From positions 6,758,001-6,822,000 of the forward strand of contig JBHGNT010000011.1 in assembly GCA_043228905.1 (NCBI GenBank): DNA of 64,000 nt. Reading direction: 5' to 3'. A model generated the notes under the pieces. The model had not been told where the DNA came from. It made no database searches and worked only from the letters and a program-made list of their open reading frames with translations. Of the stretch, positions 26,586 to 36,909 are shown one piece after another; the first letter of the stretch is position 1, and every line of letters starts with the position of its first letter. Source of the stretch: Azolla caroliniana. Lineage: Eukaryota; Plantae; Polypodiophyta. Both the position numbers and the translations under genes were made by a program.

Positions 26586-28758
26586 ATGGATGAATTGTTT
26601 GGCGGCATGTTCAAGCTCATCGGCTCCAACTATTTAGTGTGAAAGTTGAAGATGAGGGACATGCTCGTGGTTAAAGACCTCTGGCTGCTGGTTTAGTTCG
26701 TGGACAAGAGACCGGACAAAATTGACACCGCGATATGGGAGGTGATGCACATGAAGACAATGACGTACATACGGTGCTTCATCGACATGAGCCTGTACAA
26801 CAACTTCAATGAAGAGAGCAAGGCTCATGAGCTCTAGGAGAAGATTGGCATAATGTTTCAAAACAAAAATGTTGTTAACCAGGTTTCGGTATTCCGGAAG
26901 CTAGTAAGACTCCAGTACCAAGATGGCTCCAGCATGGCGGAGCACATGAATGCCTTCCAGGGGTTGATCCACCAGGCAACTTCATTGGAAGTACCTCTCG
27001 CCGATGAGGTACTTGCGCTACTCCTGCTCGGTTCCCTCCCGGATAGCTGGGAGACGTTGGTTGTCACTTTGGGCAATGCCGGGCCGGAAGGAAAGCGGTT
27101 ATCCCTAGCAAGAGTAAAGTCGAGCTTGCTAGATGAGGAGGCGGGTCGGAAAGATAAAGATACGAGCTCCGACTCCAAAGCGCTCCTTACCGAATCGGAA
27201 CGCGAAAGACAAAGAAACCGTAGTCCCTAGAACCGGGAGAAGTCGGGGACACGGTCAAAGTCAAGGGGGAGGCCCACTTGCTTCTATTGCGGCAAGCCGG
27301 GACACTTCCAAAAGAACTGTCGGCATTTCCGAAAAGATAAGGAGACCGACGGTACTGATTCGAAGCGGACACCGCACCGGAACGGTAAAGACCGAGGGGG
27401 CCGGACCAGAAGGGAACGACGGCAATCGCGGCAAGTGAAGAAGAGTTGATGCTCATCAACGAGGAGAGTGAGATAAACCTTGCCGGCGATGAGATGACCT
27501 GGGTGGTAGACTCCGGAGCATCGTTCCACCTTACCCCAGACCGGAAATGCTTCTCATCCTACTCATCCGGTGATCACGGCTGTGTCCGTATGGGGAATGA
27601 AGGTACATGCCGAATTGTCGGCATACGAGACGTGTGGCTGTTGACACCAACCGGATGCAAGTTGCTACTGAAGGATGTCCGACACGTTCCAGAGGTTCGA
27701 CTGAACCTGATATCAGCCGGTCAGCTAGATGATGAGGGCTACACGGGTAGCATCCGGAACGGAAAGGGAGCCTGATTGTGGCTCGGGCCCGGAAGGTCAA
27801 CACTCTGTACTTGATGAATGCCCGATTATGTCCGGAAGAAGTGAACGTGGCATCCGACACTGCCGGTGAGCTGTGACACAAGAGGCTATGTCATATGGGT
27901 GAGAAGGGGATGAAGAGGCTTGCAGACGACAACCTCATTCCAGTGAAGAACGTGCACTTAGAGAAGTGCACTGATTGTCTGGCCGGTAAGCAGAACCGGA
28001 CCTCCTTCCGACCAAGGCCACCGATGAGACGTAATGCACCACTGGAGTTGGTGCATACGGATGTGTGTCAAGTAGACACGAAGTCACATGCCGGAGCGCA
28101 GTACTTCGTGACATTCATAGATGACCACAACCGAAAGCTGTGGACCACACCGTTGAAGACAAAGGATCAGGTGTTATCCGTCTTCAAAGAGCTTCACGCG
28201 AGAGTGGAAAGAGAAACCGGCCGGAAGCTGAAGGCGGTTCGGGCAGATAACGGAGGAGAATACCGGGGGCAGTTCGAGGAGTACTGCTGCTCGAAGGGAA
28301 TCCGGCTCGAAGACACCGGAACTAAACGGATTGGCCGAGAGGATGAACCGGACCACAATGGAGAGGGTCCGAAGTATTCTAGCGCATGCAAAACTACCCA
28401 AGAAGTTTTGGGCTGAGGCACTGTCGACGGCGACATATGTGATAAATAGATCACCCTCAGTACCCTTGGACAGAGACACGCCACAGAGAGTATGGACCGG
28501 TAAGGAAGTGTCCTACCGGCATCTGAAGGTGTTCGGGTGTCTCGCGTACGTGCATGTAGCTAAGGACCGGAGAGGAAAGTTAGATCCAAAGACCCGGCCA
28601 TGCATATTCCTCGGTTACGGTGACGATGAGTTCGGCTACCGAGTGTGGGACCTGGTCGACAAGAAGGTATTCCGGAGTCGAGATATTATCTTCATGGAGG
28701 ACAAGACGCTGCTGACTAGGAGTCGGAGAAGAAGATAATGAACTCCGAGTCGACCGGT
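26586..28758 (+). pseudogene. Element E gag-PR-INT part
   Basis: LLGSLPDSW, CFYCGKPGHFQKNC, WVVDSGAS, LVHTDVC, DNGGEY; multiple stops and frameshifts. Confidence 0.93.
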
Positions 28759-28780
28759 TGTCATGAACACATCACCATTA

Positions 28781-28853
28781 TGGCGTCACTCGGACTTGAA
28801 CCTCGAACCTTGTAATTCATACTTGAAAACCTCAACCATTAAGATAGCTTATT
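28781..28853 (-). promoter_or_regulatory. tRNA-like A/B-box cassette in I LTR (second copy ~34082-34155)
   Basis: Minus strand tatcttaatggt..(44 nt start to start)..ggttcaagtcc gagtgacgcca. Confidence 0.6.
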
Positions 28854-28916
28854 GTTATATAAAACAATAAAAGCTACTTCTTGTATTACATTGATTATTG
28901 TAAAAACTCTAGATTA

Positions 28917-28980
28917 TTCTAGAATGTTCTAGAATGTCCTAGAGCATTCTAGGTCTAGAACATTCTAGAACATTCTAGAA
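28917..28980 (+). promoter_or_regulatory. Heat-shock element array upstream of TATA (29006-29013) in I LTR
   Basis: TTCtaGAAtgTTCtaGAA and GAAcaTTCtaGAAcaTTCtaGAA: perfect alternating nGAAn units. Confidence 0.8.
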
Positions 28981-29167
28981 ATCTCTAAGCTATTCTATAG
29001 GAACCTATAAATAAGTGCATACATGTATTCTCAAATCAATTCGAATCAACACCAGTCTTTCTCTCATTACATATCTTGTATCCATTCTCTTTCTTTCTCT
29101 ATCTTATACATACATTCTTCTCTATCCTTCTTCCATCACTCTATCTTTTATCCTTGGTTCTGACAGT

Positions 29168-29177
29168 TTGATTCGAA

Positions 29178-29179
<2 letters not shown>
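29168..29179 (+). promoter_or_regulatory. Self-priming PBS of element I
   Basis: ttgattcgaatt is the exact reverse complement of LTR 29038-29049; no TGG-type tRNA PBS. Confidence 0.8.
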
Positions 29180-29232
<53 letters not shown>

Positions 29233-29257
29233 CCTCCTTTGTAACCATCCTGAAACC

Positions 29258-30421
29258 ATGGCTGCCATTAACTCAGAAGAATATCTCACCCTTGTTGCAG
29301 AAATGGAGAACCTTAAATCCAAGTTCGCATCTCTTGAAGTAGAGAATCAACGTCTACTTGGGGATCTACAAAAGGTTACTATAGAGAAGCAACAACAACA
29401 AGAGGAGTTCACGCGACGAGTGCAACAGTTAGAGTCGACAATCGTCGTGTTACAACAACAAAGGGTTGAAGGTCAGGGACTTATCAAGGAGCCCAAAATT
29501 AGCCTCCCAGCTAAATTTGATGGGTTGAGGGCGCATTTCCGAGGTTTTTTGAATCAAGTACAGTTGGTGATTCAAATGCATCCCGCATGTTACCCAACAG
29601 ATGCATCACGAGTCGGGCTAGTGGGCACTTTATTGACTGGCATAGCGTTGTCGTGGTTTGCTCCATTGCTAGAGACCAATTCTCCTCTACTGAATAATTT
29701 CGAGGAATTTATCAAGGAATTTAAGGCTTGTTTCGGAGATACTGATGGGGCGAGAACAGCTATTAACAAGATTCGTACACTTCGTCAAGGCGATCAACCA
29801 GCTTCAACATATGCTGCCAATTTCCGTCTCATCGCAAGCGATACTCCTTGGGATGAACAAGCCCTAATGGAGCAATTCCGTTCAGGCCTTCGTAGAGATG
29901 TCAAAGACTTACTTCTTACCTTCCCCGAGGATCCAAGGTCACTTACAGAAGCTATTAGTCGAGCAATACGGTGTGATAATCGCCTTTTTGAGCGTCGATG
30001 TGAGCGACAACAACAAATAACAAGATCTAGATTCACACCAACTTATGCATCAGTAACGGCGCAATCATCCCCAAGGCAAATGTATAGCCCTGCTCCAACT
30101 CCAAGGCAAACACGTAGTCCAGTCCCAATGGATAGTCCTACACCCCTGGAGATCGATATGACTCAACGACGAGGACCGTTGTCAGACGAAGAGAAGCAAC
30201 GTCGTCGAGCAAACCATCTGTGCTTATATTGTGGAGGTCCAGGACATATAGCCATTCATTGCTCCCGTAGGCCGAGACGTCAGGTAAATCAAATTCACTA
30301 TGACAATAAAAATGAGTCCAACATTTTAGAAGTAGTTAGTGAATCTAATATTATGAATAATCCACCCTTGTCCAATAAATTTGAAGTCCTAAGCCAATTA
30401 GAAGAGGAGTCAAACGAATAA
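29258..30421 (+). CDS. gag: Element I Gag (coiled coil, retrotransposon gag domain, CCHC knuckle)
   Basis: Open frame from ATG 29258; EPKISLPAKFDG, LRQG, CLYCGGPGHIAIHC. Confidence 0.92.
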   Translation: MAAINSEEYLTLVAEMENLKSKFASLEVENQRLLGDLQKVTIEKQQQQEEFTRRVQQLESTIVVLQQQRVEGQGLIKEPKISLPAKFDGLRAHFRGFLNQVQLVIQMHPACYPTDASRVGLVGTLLTGIALSWFAPLLETNSPLLNNFEEFIKEFKACFGDTDGARTAINKIRTLRQGDQPASTYAANFRLIASDTPWDEQALMEQFRSGLRRDVKDLLLTFPEDPRSLTEAISRAIRCDNRLFERRCERQQQITRSRFTPTYASVTAQSSPRQMYSPAPTPRQTRSPVPMDSPTPLEIDMTQRRGPLSDEEKQRRRANHLCLYCGGPGHIAIHCSRRPRRQVNQIHYDNKNESNILEVVSESNIMNNPPLSNKFEVLSQLEEESNE

Positions 30422-33400
30422 GTCCGGCCAAAATAGGAGCCATTTGGTTGGACAACCCTAGATATGTACAACCTAGTGTGGGTTCCATTTCTTCCAAGCA
30501 TGTTAGTAGAGTCTTCTCAGCCCTAGTACAAGTTAGGACACCAAGTTGTCAACTTCAAGTCCAAGCCCTCTTAGATACTGAAGCCAATTCTTGTTTCATG
30601 GATAGAGATTTTGCCCAAAAACACCAAATATCCTTGCATACACTTCCTTGTCCAGTTTCCGTAGTAGTGATTGATGGACGCCCCATAGCTTCCGGGAAGA
30701 TATTTGAAGAGTCTGAGCCAATACACATACTCTTGGGGGATTTAGGATGTGTAGTTTCCTTTAACATAATCCGTAGTCCTGAGCATCCAATTGTCCTCGG
30801 TTTGCCATGGTTCGAGCTACATAACCCTAGAATCGATTGGAGGAAGCGAGAAATTAGGTGCCTTTAGTAGAAAATATCATTGTCAAGGATCGAACTCGGG
30901 ATTATCCTCCCAAAGTATATAGTTCTACCGATGCACCATATCCTTCTCATCAAATTTCAGCCATCACATTGCAACAATTGCACCAAGTGGGAGGCAAGGA
31001 GGACCTTTTCTTATTTGCAGTATCAGTGACACCTTCTAGTGTCACTCAAGGGAATTCAGACATCCAAATTCCCAAAAAATATCAAGACTATGCTGATGTT
31101 TTCGACAAAGTCAAAGCTAGTGTTGTTCCAAAGCATCGGCCGTACGACTGTCCTATTGATCTCCAACCAGGAAAAGAGCCTCCGTGGGGTCCGATTTACA
31201 ATTTATCACCCACTGAGCTTGAGGTTCTTCCAGAATACATCGAGGAAAATCTTGCACATGGATTTATTCGACATTCAAAGTCTCCAGCTGGTGCTCCTAT
31301 CTTTTTTGTGAAGAAAAAGGACGGCTCCCTTCGTTTGGTCGTGGACTATCGAGGCTTAAATAAAGTCACCATAAGGAATAGGTATGCTTTACCTTTAATC
31401 TCCAATCTCTTAGAACGCATTTGTGGGGCAAAGCATTTTACCAAAATTGATCTAAGGGGTGCACATAATCTTGTTCGAATTCGGCCAGGAGATGAGTGGA
31501 AAACAGCATTTCGTACTCGGTATGGTCATTTCGAGTATACAGTCATGCCTTTCGGGCTCACAAATGCACCTGCCGTATTCCAACATATGGCAAATGACAT
31601 CTTCCGGGATTTCTTGGATATTTTTCTAATCATCTACCTAGATGATCTATTGATTTACTCTAAAACACAGGGGGAGCATGATATACATGTGCGGCAAGTA
31701 CTTGAACGCCTAAGGAAGTATGGTCTTTACGCCAAACTTCAGAAATGCAGTTTTGATTGCAAACAAGTCGAATTTTTGGGATACACTATTTCATCCCAGG
31801 GTGTTTTCATGGACCCGGCAAAAGTCCAAACAATATTGGAATGGAAACCCCCATGCTCAGTTCAGGATGTCCAGTGTTTCCTCGGATTTGCGAACTTCTA
31901 TCGCAAATTCATACATAATTATTCAAGCATTGTGTTGCCCCTTACTCAACTCACCAAGAAAAATCAAGCATTTTTTTGGAGTATCGAAGCGGACAAGGCT
32001 TTTACGCAGCTAAAAGAGGCATTCACATCAGCACCCATCCTAGCACATATTGATCCTAAAAAGCCATTTACTATTGAGGCGGATGCATCAGACTTTGCAT
32101 TGGGGAGTATCCTATCGCAACCAGGCGAGGACGGGCAGATACATCCAGTCGCGTTTCACTCGAGAAAGTTTACTGTTTCGGAGATAAACTATGAGGTGCA
32201 TGACAAGGAGTTACTAGCTATGGTCGACTCATTCGAGCAATGGCGTCATTTTCTAGAAGGATCACCTCATCAGATTATCATTTATAGTGATCACAAAAAT
32301 CTCACATATTTTCAAACAGCTCGAGTATTAAATAGACGACAAGCTCGGTGGGCCCAATTTCTAACGCGTTTCGATTTCAAGATCATTTTTTGCCCCGGAA
32401 AACAACAAGGGAAAGCAGATGCTCTGTCTCGGCGTTCGTATCTAGCACTTCAACCTGGAGATCCGGCCTTTGACAATCAAAAGCAAACTCTCCTCGGGCC
32501 ATCAAAGCTACAGGTAGCAACAATTTATGCCACACCACTTGATTCTACCCTTCTTGACACTATTCGGCAACAACTTCATTCAGATGATTTTGCTAAGGAT
32601 GTCTTAGCCCACTGTGGTTCAAGTCGTCCATCTTGCTCCACATTGCCAGGGTCATCTCAATATTATAAGGACTTCAAGTGGCAAGATGGTTTACTCTTCT
32701 ACAAGAATCTCCTTTACGTCCCCGACGGATCACCCCGACTTCAAGTGTTGGAACATTGTCATGATGCCCCCATGGCTGGACATTTTGGTATTTCCAAGAC
32801 CATTGAGCTGGTGAAACGTTCGTTTTGGTGGCCTCACTTCCAAAAATTTGTCGAAGATTATGTTCGCACTTGTGACACCTGCTGTCGCGCCAAAATACCC
32901 CGACATCACCCTTATGGCTTACTACAACCATTACCCCCTCCCAACAAGCCATGGCAGTCTATTTCTATGGATTTCATTACGGATTTTCCACCTTCCAAAG
33001 GCTTTGATACTATTTTAACAGTAGTGGATCAGTTTACCAAGATGGCACATTTTGTACCATGTGTAAAGACCATCAATAGTGAAGAAACTGCAGATCTCAT
33101 TATGCGTGAAGTGTTTCGCCATCATGGTCTCCCAAATGATATTATTAGCGATAGAGGTCCTCAATTTATCTCACACTTTTGGAAGCACCTATGGGCAGGC
33201 CTCAAAATCTCTTGCAAACTCTCTTCGGCTTATCATCCACAAACTGACGGACAAACAGAGCGCACAAATCAAACGCTCGAGCAATATCTTCGATGTTTCA
33301 TTAGTTATCAACAAGATGATTGGAGTAAAATTTTACATCTTGCTGAGTTTGCATACAACAACACGGTCCACTCTTCTACCAAAGTTACACCTTTCTTTGC

Positions 33401-34076
33401 CTACACCGGCAACCACCCTCGATGGTGTATACTGGGTCTTCCCGAGGTGTCACGAAACCCTAGTGCGGCGCATCACCTCCACCGACTACAACAAATCCAG
33501 TTCGAGTTATCGTCACATCTTCAGAAAGCGCAAGCACACCATAAGACCAATGCCGATCGACATCGTCTTAAGTCTCCATTTAAGGTTGGTGACCATGTAT
33601 GGTTGCTTCGTCGTCACATCAAGACTACCCGACCCCGTGCTAAGCTTGACTATCAACGCTTAGGTCCTTTTGTCATCACGGCGCAGATTAATGATCCAAC
33701 ATTTCGTCTTAACCTTCCCCCACATATGCGGCTTCACCCTGTCTTTCATAGCTCTCTTTTGGAACCTTGCCACACCTCTTTAATTCCTGATCGTGTCGTG
33801 CCACCACCGCCTTCTGTACAACTTGTGGATGGCCCCGAATACGAGGTAGTTGCTATTCTCGATTCTAAGATTGTGCGCAATAAGCTTTATTATCTAGTTG
33901 ATTGGCTTGGTTATCCTCCGAGTGATCACACTTGGGAACCCATCGATAACGTTTATAATGCTGAAGCTCTGGTCAACGACTTCCATCGTCACTATCCAAA
34001 CAAGCCCGACCCAACAATGTTAACGCCGACTTCCACTTGGCGTTCTCGAAGGAGGGATAGTGTCATGAACACATGA
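30410..34076 (+). CDS. pol: Element I Pol (PR-RT-RH-INT-chromodomain) in the -1 frame to gag; one further frameshift at ~30860
   Basis: LLDTEANS protease, YLDD RT, EADASD RNase H, HHCC + DD35E integrase, EYEVVAILDSK..YYLVDWLGY..TWEP chromodomain; stop lies inside the 3' LTR. Confidence 0.9.
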
Positions 34077-34469
34077 CCATTATGGCGTCACCCGGACTTG
34101 AACCTCGAACCTTGTAATTCATACTTGAAAACCTCAACCATTAAGATAGCTTATTGTTATATGAAACAATAAAAGCTACTTCTTGTATTACATTGATTAT
34201 TGTAAAAACTCTAGATTATTCTAGAATGTTCTAGAATGTCCTAGAGCATTCTAGGTCTAGAACATTCTAGAACATTCTAGAAATCTCTAAGCTATTCTAT
34301 AGGAACCTATAAATAAGCGCATACATGTATTCTCAAATCAATTCAAATCAACACCAGTCTTTAGCTCTCATTACATATCTTGTATCCATTCTCTTTCTTT
34401 CTCTATCTTATACATCCATTCTTCTCTATCCTTCTTCCATCACTCTATCTTTTATCCTTGGTTCTGACA

Positions 34470-36321
34470 CCGGTAAGGATAGATTCTACGATGAGCAGAC
34501 CCAACCGGCAAGAGACCGGTTAGCACTCGAGGGACCAGCCGGTTACGGTGAGGATACCGAACTGGCAGAAGAAGAAGTAGAGGAAGCTGAGACCGGAACC
34601 GGCCTAGACCCCGAATGGGATTCGAATGAAGAGCAAATGGAGGAGCCGGTTACCGAAGCCCGAAGACGGAGATATCCTCTCAGAGAGAGAAGGGCCCCCC
34701 GGAGATTTCCGGATGCAGAGCATGTGCTGCGGACCGATGAGGGGGAGCCAAAAAGCTTCGAAGAAGCAAAGGATGACACCCACAGCTGAAAATGGTTAAG
34801 TGCCATGCAGGATGAGATGGATTCCCTGCATGAGAACCATACGTATGAATTGGTGGAGTTGCCAAAAGGAAAGCGGGCACTCCGAAACATGTGGGTGTAC
34901 AAGTTGAAACCGGGAGATGCCGGCAACCCCCCGAGATACAAAGCCAGGATCGTGGTGAAGGTGTTCCAGCAGAAGAAGGGCGTGGACTTCGACGAGATAT
35001 TTGCCCCGGTAGTAAAGATGATCTCCATCCGGACGGTGCTGAGTATAGCGGTAAGCATGGACCTCGAGGTAGACCAGCTGGACGTGAAGACGGCATTCCT
35101 TCACGGTGACCTCGAAGAGGAGATCTACATGCAGCAACCGGAAGGATTCGTGGAGAAAGGGAAGGAGCACCGGGTATGCCGGTTGAAGAAGAGCCTCTAC
35201 GGGTTGAAGCAGGCCCCCCCGGCAATGGTACCGGAAGTTCGACTCTTTCATGACCGATCAAGGGTACCACAAGACGCAGGCCGATCACTGCGTGTTTGTG
35301 AAGAAGTTCGAAGGAGGCGACTTCCTGATACTCCTTCTGTACGTGGATGACATGTTGATCGTCGGATGGGACCAAGTCAAAATACGGATGCGGAAGAAGG
35401 CTCTCAACCGGACCTTCTCAATGAAAGACTTGGGTCCGGCAAGGCAGATGCTGGGGATGCACATCATCCGGAACCGGTCAGCGAAGCAATTATGGCTGTC
35501 ACAGGAGAAGTACGTGACAAAGGTGCTTCACCGGTTCAACATGTCAGATGCAAAACCGGTCAGATCGACACTTCCGGCAAACTGCAGGCTATCCGGTAAG
35601 CAAAGCCTGAAGACGAAAGCAGAGAAGGCGGATATGATGAAGATTCCATATGCCTTTGCCATCGGGAACTTGATGTATGCAATGGTGTGTACCCGATCGG
35701 ATATAGGATATGCAGTCGGAGTGGTGAGCCGATTCATGAGCAATCCCGGCAAGGAGCATTGGAACGTAGTCAAATGGATACTCCGGTACTTGAAGGGCAC
35801 CACGCATATGTGTCTCCGATTCGGCTCCGGAAAACCCCAACTTGACGGTTTTACCGATTCAGACATGTCGGTTGATGTGGATACCAGCCGGTCCACATCC
35901 GGGTATGTAATGACATATGCAGGGGGAGCTGTTTCATGGCAGTCGAGGCTGCAGAAGACGGTTGCATTGTCAACCAAAGAGGCAGAGTACATGGCGGCTG
36001 TGGAAGCCGGCAAGGAAATCTTATGGATGAAGGAAGGACTTCATCGGACAGCTCGGTATCCGGCAAGATGAATACCGGCTCTATTGCGACAGTCAAAGTG
36101 CCATCCACCTTGCTAAGAATGCGGCCTACCATTCCCGAACGAAGCATATCCAGCGAAGGTATCATTGGATCCGGGAAAGAGTAGTTGACCAGGAGTTCGC
36201 GCTGACGAAGATCCACACGGCCGAGAACGGGTCAGATATACTGACCAAAGTGCTGATACCCGACAAGCTGGATGCATGCCGGAAGAGGATCAAACTGGTA
36301 AGACACCCCATGCCGGAGTGA
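34470..36321 (+). pseudogene. Element E RT-RNase H part
   Basis: YKARIVVK, LDVKTAFLHG, YVDDML, STKEAEY; frameshifted. Confidence 0.93.
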
Positions 36322-36331
36322 AGGGGGAGTT

Positions 36332-36909
36332 TGTTGGGAGACAGGTCCCTCCGGATGGTGCAGACCCGGTATGAACCGGATGAGGAGTACCTGGCTACGG
36401 AGAGCCGGATGGTGCAGACCCGGTATGAACTAGATGAGGAGTACCCGGCTACGGAGAGCCGGATGGTGCAAACCCGATATGAACCGGATGAGGAGTACCC
36501 GGCTACGGAGAGCCGGATGGTGCAGACCCGGTATGAACCGGATGAGGAGTACCTGGCTACGGAGAGCCAGATGGTGCAGACCGGGTATGAACCGGATGAA
36601 GAGACATATTCGTAAATATGTTTCTGAGAGCCCATAGAGGCTATATTTGTAAATAGCCGTAAAGTCATATTAGTATAAATATGATTTAGGGCAAACCTTT
36701 AGGGTTGGTTGTTGTTGTCATTTCTTGGTGGTGCAAGAAAAGCGTGAGTGCGTAACTGTACAGAGAGTGAGAGAGAGAGAAAGAGGTCGTTGCCTCTCTT
36801 GTAACCGCCATCTGTGGCGAAGATCTGTGAGCACGAGGTCGTTGCCTCAGTGAACTCACGGTTGTATATTCTTACATAGTGACAGTTTGTAGCCTGTGAG
36901 CTCCCAACA
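36332..36909 (+). repeat. Element E 3' LTR with internal U5 deletion
   Basis: Matches the 5' LTR up to ..gacagtttg, then jumps to the terminal cccaaca. Confidence 0.9.

Larger units (their letters stand above)
28759..34469 (+). mobile_element. Element I: near-intact Ty3/gypsy chromovirus (Tcn1-like)
   Basis: LTRs 28759-29165 and 34061-34469 (few differences); TSD ccggt; PPT gaaggagggatag; gag plus pol with C-terminal chromodomain. Confidence 0.97.
25826..36909 (+). mobile_element. Element E: Ty1/copia related to C, degenerate, interrupted by chromovirus I
   Basis: LTRs 25826-26556 and 36332-36909; TSD gtgag inside a tRNA-Asp D-loop; iMet PBS 26559-26570; PPT gaagggggag before 36332. Confidence 0.96.
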
